From Bacilli bacterium (GTDB lineage: Bacteria; Bacillota; Bacilli; Bacillales; Amphibacillaceae), in the NCBI GenBank assembly GCA_012838505.1, contig DUPD01000037.1, positions 3,687 through 67,686 of the forward strand: DNA of 64,000 nucleotides, written 5' to 3'. Below, one piece after another: positions 60,289 through 64,000 of this stretch. The notes below the pieces were generated by a model. That model was not told where the DNA came from, ran no database searches, and saw only the letters and a list, made by a program, of their open reading frames with translations. Position 1 is the stretch's first letter, and each line of letters opens with the position of its first letter. Made by a program: the position numbers and the translations under genes.

Positions 60289-61782
60289 CTATCTTAGTTG
60301 ATAAATTTCAGTGTATTTGTTTGTTAAATATTGAATCAGGTAATCAGGATTTAATCCTTCTCCAGTCACTTGTTCGATTAATTCGAGTGGTTGCTTCATT
60401 TTACCGTGGCGATGAATCTTCTCAGTTAACCATGCTTTGATCGGTTCGAAATCTCCAAATCGAATCATTTGATCAAGATTAATATCCGCCTTAATTGCAT
60501 TATATATCTGTGCTGCATACATATAGCCTAATGCATAAGTTGGGAAGTAGCCGATATCACCTGCAGCCCAATGAATATCTTGTAATAGACCTTCTAGATC
60601 ATTTTCAGGACGAATTCCGAGATATTCCTCCATCTTCGTATTCCATGCCTCCGGTAAATCTTTAACTTGCAGATCGCCATTAATTAATTCTTTTTCAAGC
60701 TCATAACGGATAATAATATGCAATGAATACGTTAATTCATCAGCTTCAATCCGAATCATACTCGGTTTAACTTCATTAATTGCTCGGTAAAAACTCTCGA
60801 ACTCTAATGACTGAAAGCTCTCAGGTGCATATTTTTTAAACAAGTCAAAGTGACTCTCCCAAAAAGAGTGGCTTCGTCCAACAAAGTTTTCCCAAAAAAG
60901 TGACTGTGACTCATGAATCCCCATTGATGCTCCTGAAGCAAGTACAGTTTGATATAAATCAGGATCAATATTTTGTTCATAAAGTGCATGTCCACCTTCG
61001 TGAATCGTACCAAAAATAGCCGTTCTAAAGTCCATTTCATCATAACGCGTCGTCACCCGAACATCGTTTGAGTTTATCCCGATCGCAAATGGATGAATCG
61101 TTTCATCTAAACGACCCGCTTCAAAGTCATAACCCATTTTATCGAGAACAGCTAAAGAGAAGTCTTTCTGTGCTTGTTTAGGGAACCGTTTTAATAATAA
61201 ACTTGAATCTACCTCAACATTTGATTGATTAATCTTTTTAACGAGATCAATTAATACAGGTTTCAGTTGATTAAAGACACGATCTAAAATTTCTGTCGTT
61301 AAACCTGGTTCATAATCGTTTAAGAGACCGTCATACTTATTGTCTGTATAACCCTGGTATTCAGCAAACTTCTTATTGAATTCAACGAGTTTTTCTAAAT
61401 ATGGTGCCAAAATCGAAAAATCATGTTTTTCACGAGCCTCTTGCCATGCTGTTTCAGATTTTGAACTAAGACGAATAAATTCAACATATTCATCAGTTGG
61501 AATGCTTTGTTGTTTTTGATAAATCCGCTCACATTCTTCAACTGATTTTTGAATAACTGGTGATGTTTTATTTCCTTTTAATTCAGTTATACACTGCTTC
61601 ATTTGTTCAGATCGTTTAAGTTCTGTTACTTTTTCTGATAATAAACTGATCGTTTCTGATCGTTGTTCCATCCCTTTTTGAGGAATGTGAGTTCTTAAAT
61701 CCCAATGGATTAAACTGATTGCCTCTGAGTAGGCTGATATTTGTTTCATTAAATCAAGAAAATTTTGTTCTGTACTTGTCAT
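60289..61782 (-). CDS. ypwA: Carboxypeptidase, M32 family (YpwA)
   Basis: HPF, DVRVTT, HEGGH, HESQS, IRIEADE, QDIHW, GYFPTY. Confidence 0.95.
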   Translation of the reverse strand: MTSTEQNFLDLMKQISAYSEAISLIHWDLRTHIPQKGMEQRSETISLLSEKVTELKRSEQMKQCITELKGNKTSPVIQKSVEECERIYQKQQSIPTDEYVEFIRLSSKSETAWQEAREKHDFSILAPYLEKLVEFNKKFAEYQGYTDNKYDGLLNDYEPGLTTEILDRVFNQLKPVLIDLVKKINQSNVEVDSSLLLKRFPKQAQKDFSLAVLDKMGYDFEAGRLDETIHPFAIGINSNDVRVTTRYDEMDFRTAIFGTIHEGGHALYEQNIDPDLYQTVLASGASMGIHESQSLFWENFVGRSHSFWESHFDLFKKYAPESFQSLEFESFYRAINEVKPSMIRIEADELTYSLHIIIRYELEKELINGDLQVKDLPEAWNTKMEEYLGIRPENDLEGLLQDIHWAAGDIGYFPTYALGYMYAAQIYNAIKADINLDQMIRFGDFEPIKAWLTEKIHRHGKMKQPLELIEQVTGEGLNPDYLIQYLTNKYTEIYQLR

Positions 61783-61783
61783 T

Positions 61784-62929
61784 TTAGTCATCCTTTTTAA
61801 TAAATTTCCCAAAATACTGATAGTAATCGACCTTGATAAAGCCATTAAATAATTTTCGCTTTTTCGTTGCTTTTTTCCCATATAATTTTTCGAAGTCTTC
61901 GTTAGATGTTAAAATATAGTTACTCCAACTCGTGTTTTGCTTCATTGTTTGACCAAGCTTGCGATAGAGTTGTTCGACTTCTTGTTGATCACTCAAGCGC
62001 TCACCATACGGTGGATTACTAATTAAATAGCCATTATTCTTTTTTGGATGAAAATCTTGCGCAGCCATTTGCTTCCACTCTATTAAATCAGCGAGTCCAG
62101 CTTCAATCGCGTTTTGTTTAGCGATTTGGATCATTTTTGGATCGATATCCGTTCCTGTTATGTCTAGCTTTTGATCATAATTAGCAAGCTGTTCTGCTTC
62201 ATCAAATGCTGCATCCCAAAGTTTTTGCTCGACAAACTGCCAGTTCTCACTAGCAAATTCGCGGTTAAATCCTGGCGCGATATTTTGACCGATTAAAGCC
62301 GCTTCAATTAAAATTGTTCCCGATCCACAAAACAGGTCTACTAATGGATATTCTGGACGCCAGTTTGTTAATTGTACAAGAGATGCTGCTAGGGTCTCTT
62401 TAAGTGGTGCCTCACCTTGTCCAATTCGATAACCGCGTTTATGAAGACCTTGTCCAGATGAATCAAGTGTTAAAGTGACTTTATCTTTTAACAGCGCAAC
62501 TTCAATTCGATACATTGCCCCAGTTTCAGGCATATTTGTTGCCACACCATATTTTAGTTTTAACTTTTCTGCTACTGACTTTTTAACAATTCTTTGACAA
62601 TCTGACACGCTATACAATGTTGACTTAACTGATTTTCCAATGACAGGGAATTTTCCATCTTCCGGTATATAGTTATGCCAATCCAATGCTTTTGTTGCTT
62701 CAAATAATTGATCAAACGTTTTTGCTTCAAACTCACCGACGATCACTTTGACACGATCAGCAGATCTTAGCCAAAGATTACAACGTGGAATTGCAGAAAC
62801 GTCTGCTTCGAAAATCACTTTACCATTATCGACAGTCACATCATTGTACCCAAGTGCTCGAACCTCGTTTGCAACAACCGACTCTAAACCCATTGCAGCA
62901 GTAGCTAATAATTTTACTCTATTTTTCAT
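61784..62929 (-). CDS. ypsC: THUMP-domain rRNA methyltransferase (YpsC/RlmL-like)
   Basis: GLHKRGYR, APLKETLAA, CGSGT, NPPYGER. Confidence 0.92.
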   Translation of the reverse strand: MKNRVKLLATAAMGLESVVANEVRALGYNDVTVDNGKVIFEADVSAIPRCNLWLRSADRVKVIVGEFEAKTFDQLFEATKALDWHNYIPEDGKFPVIGKSVKSTLYSVSDCQRIVKKSVAEKLKLKYGVATNMPETGAMYRIEVALLKDKVTLTLDSSGQGLHKRGYRIGQGEAPLKETLAASLVQLTNWRPEYPLVDLFCGSGTILIEAALIGQNIAPGFNREFASENWQFVEQKLWDAAFDEAEQLANYDQKLDITGTDIDPKMIQIAKQNAIEAGLADLIEWKQMAAQDFHPKKNNGYLISNPPYGERLSDQQEVEQLYRKLGQTMKQNTSWSNYILTSNEDFEKLYGKKATKKRKLFNGFIKVDYYQYFGKFIKKDD

Positions 62930-62961
62930 AAATGAACATCTCTTTTCAAAAAGTTTTTATT

Positions 62962-63002
62962 AAAAAACCTTCCATCTGACTAGAATTGTCATTGGAAGGT
63001 TT
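62962..63002 (-). terminator. Terminator of rnpB
   Basis: AAACCTTCCA-TGAC / GTCA-TGGAAGGTTT. Confidence 0.8.
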
Positions 63003-63021
63003 AAATAAACATCGTAAGACC

Positions 63022-63429
63022 AATGAATGTTTTGTAAGCCATGTTCTGTGCTAACGTACTTATACGGTGGTCAGCCTCGTACAGTTAGTCGTAACCATCT
63101 ATCTACAAATCATTCTCACGTGATTTGTCCTTGTTTCGGTTTAATTCCCTAATCCAAGATGCCCCTACCATTATTTGGGTTGCTCGCTCGTGGGGTTTAC
63201 CCGTTCCACCTAAATTGTTTCCAACTTAGCTACGTCACTGTGGCACTTTTATGGGATCAAAGCATATCTATTGTTAGACTTAGCTTAAATCCCTGCCGTC
63301 AGTTGAATCTTCAACTGCCTTGATTTATGATTTCATCAAGCACGAACACTACAAGCGTCTCAGCCTGTGCGAGCATGGACTTTCCTCTATAAACATCAAA
63401 TGTTTATAGCGATTACGCAAACATTCATT
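63022..63429 (-). ncRNA. rnpB: RNase P RNA, bacterial class B
   Basis: Minus strand TAATCGC...GAGGAAAGTCCATGCTCGCAC...GTGCCACAGTGACG...GGTAAACCCCACGAGCGAGCAAC...ACAGAACATGGCTTAC; P1 AATGAATGTTT/AAACATTCATT; lies between gpsB and ypsC. Confidence 0.97.
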
Positions 63430-63506
63430 TCAACGATGTTGTCTTAGACTAACGCTTATTATAACATATTTAATTTGATTCATCATTAAGTAAAAAATAC
63501 CATCAA

Positions 63507-63803
63507 TTATTCTTCACTATATTTCTTGCCAAAAACCGCTTTTTCAAGATTTGAGACTCGCTTTAAAATATCATAGTTTACTTGGTGATTTGATGTTGTC
63601 ACTCGTTTTCTTGGTTGCTCACTTCTCGATCTCAATGTTTCATTTTCTTTCATTAATTGCTCAATCGTTTGATTAAATAGCTCATAGTCTTGAATAATTG
63701 AGTCCAGAAAGTGATCGACTTCTTCTTGGTTATACCCTCTCATCGCAGTTTTAAAATTTTTATCTAAAATATCTTTAGTCGTTAATTGACTCTTAATCGC
63801 CAT
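63507..63803 (-). CDS. gpsB: Cell division regulator GpsB
   Basis: DILDKNFK, RGYNQEEVDHFLD, NYDILKRVSNLEKAVFG. Confidence 0.96.
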   Translation of the reverse strand: MAIKSQLTTKDILDKNFKTAMRGYNQEEVDHFLDSIIQDYELFNQTIEQLMKENETLRSRSEQPRKRVTTSNHQVNYDILKRVSNLEKAVFGKKYSEE

Positions 63804-63874
63804 TATTTTTCACCTCATATTTAACAAAACTCTTCTTTCATTTTTTCAAACTTTAAGCTAAATGTCAATCACAA

Positions 63875-64000
63875 TTAAAATGTTTGATTATTTTCCTGTA
63901 ATTCTCTTATCATGTCATTTAAATCAAATGGAGTAATATAATAAATCGGATAGTTGTTTCGCTCACTATAATTAATTGCACGTTCCATAAAGTACTTAAC
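63875..64000 (-). CDS. ypsA: 3' end of a YpsA/DUF1273-family gene (partial)
   Basis: Minus strand VKYFMERA...YPIYYITPFDL...*; conserved position upstream of gpsB. Confidence 0.7.
   Translation of the reverse strand, partial: VKYFMERAINYSERNNYPIYYITPFDLNDMIRELQENNQTF

Overview
Low-GC chromosomal window from a spore-forming Bacillaceae member. The gpsB-rnpB-ypsC-ypwA order and yozE/degV/yndM/yqfQ-like genes fit this; an Amphibacillus/Oceanobacillus-like organism is plausible but unproven. Left part: a complete Na+-type V-ATPase operon (ntpFIKECGABD), a Bacillaceae-type palindromic repeat, htpG with a CIRCE operator, a short-chain chromate transporter pair, ogt and the upper mevalonate pathway. 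The 18.9-44.8 kb middle is a mosaic with several deletion scars and pseudogenes. It holds a CcdA/TlpA/orphan response regulator cassette, a Zur-controlled zinc ABC importer whose binding protein has an extra inserted His/Trp domain, and a class Ib ribonucleotide reductase operon with nrdI fused in frame to nrdE under a cobalamin riboswitch and NrdR boxes. It also holds a heterodimeric ABC exporter, a free-standing HTH-LAGLIDADG-HTH endonuclease gene behind a LexA box, and a GH43 hydrolase. The right part is core genome (trhP1/2, msrAB, sbcDC, folA, thyA, csp, RNase H, M32 carboxypeptidase, rnpB, gpsB). No CRISPR array, tRNA, rRNA, transposase or prophage was seen. All calls come from reading the sequence and motifs; no database searches were run.
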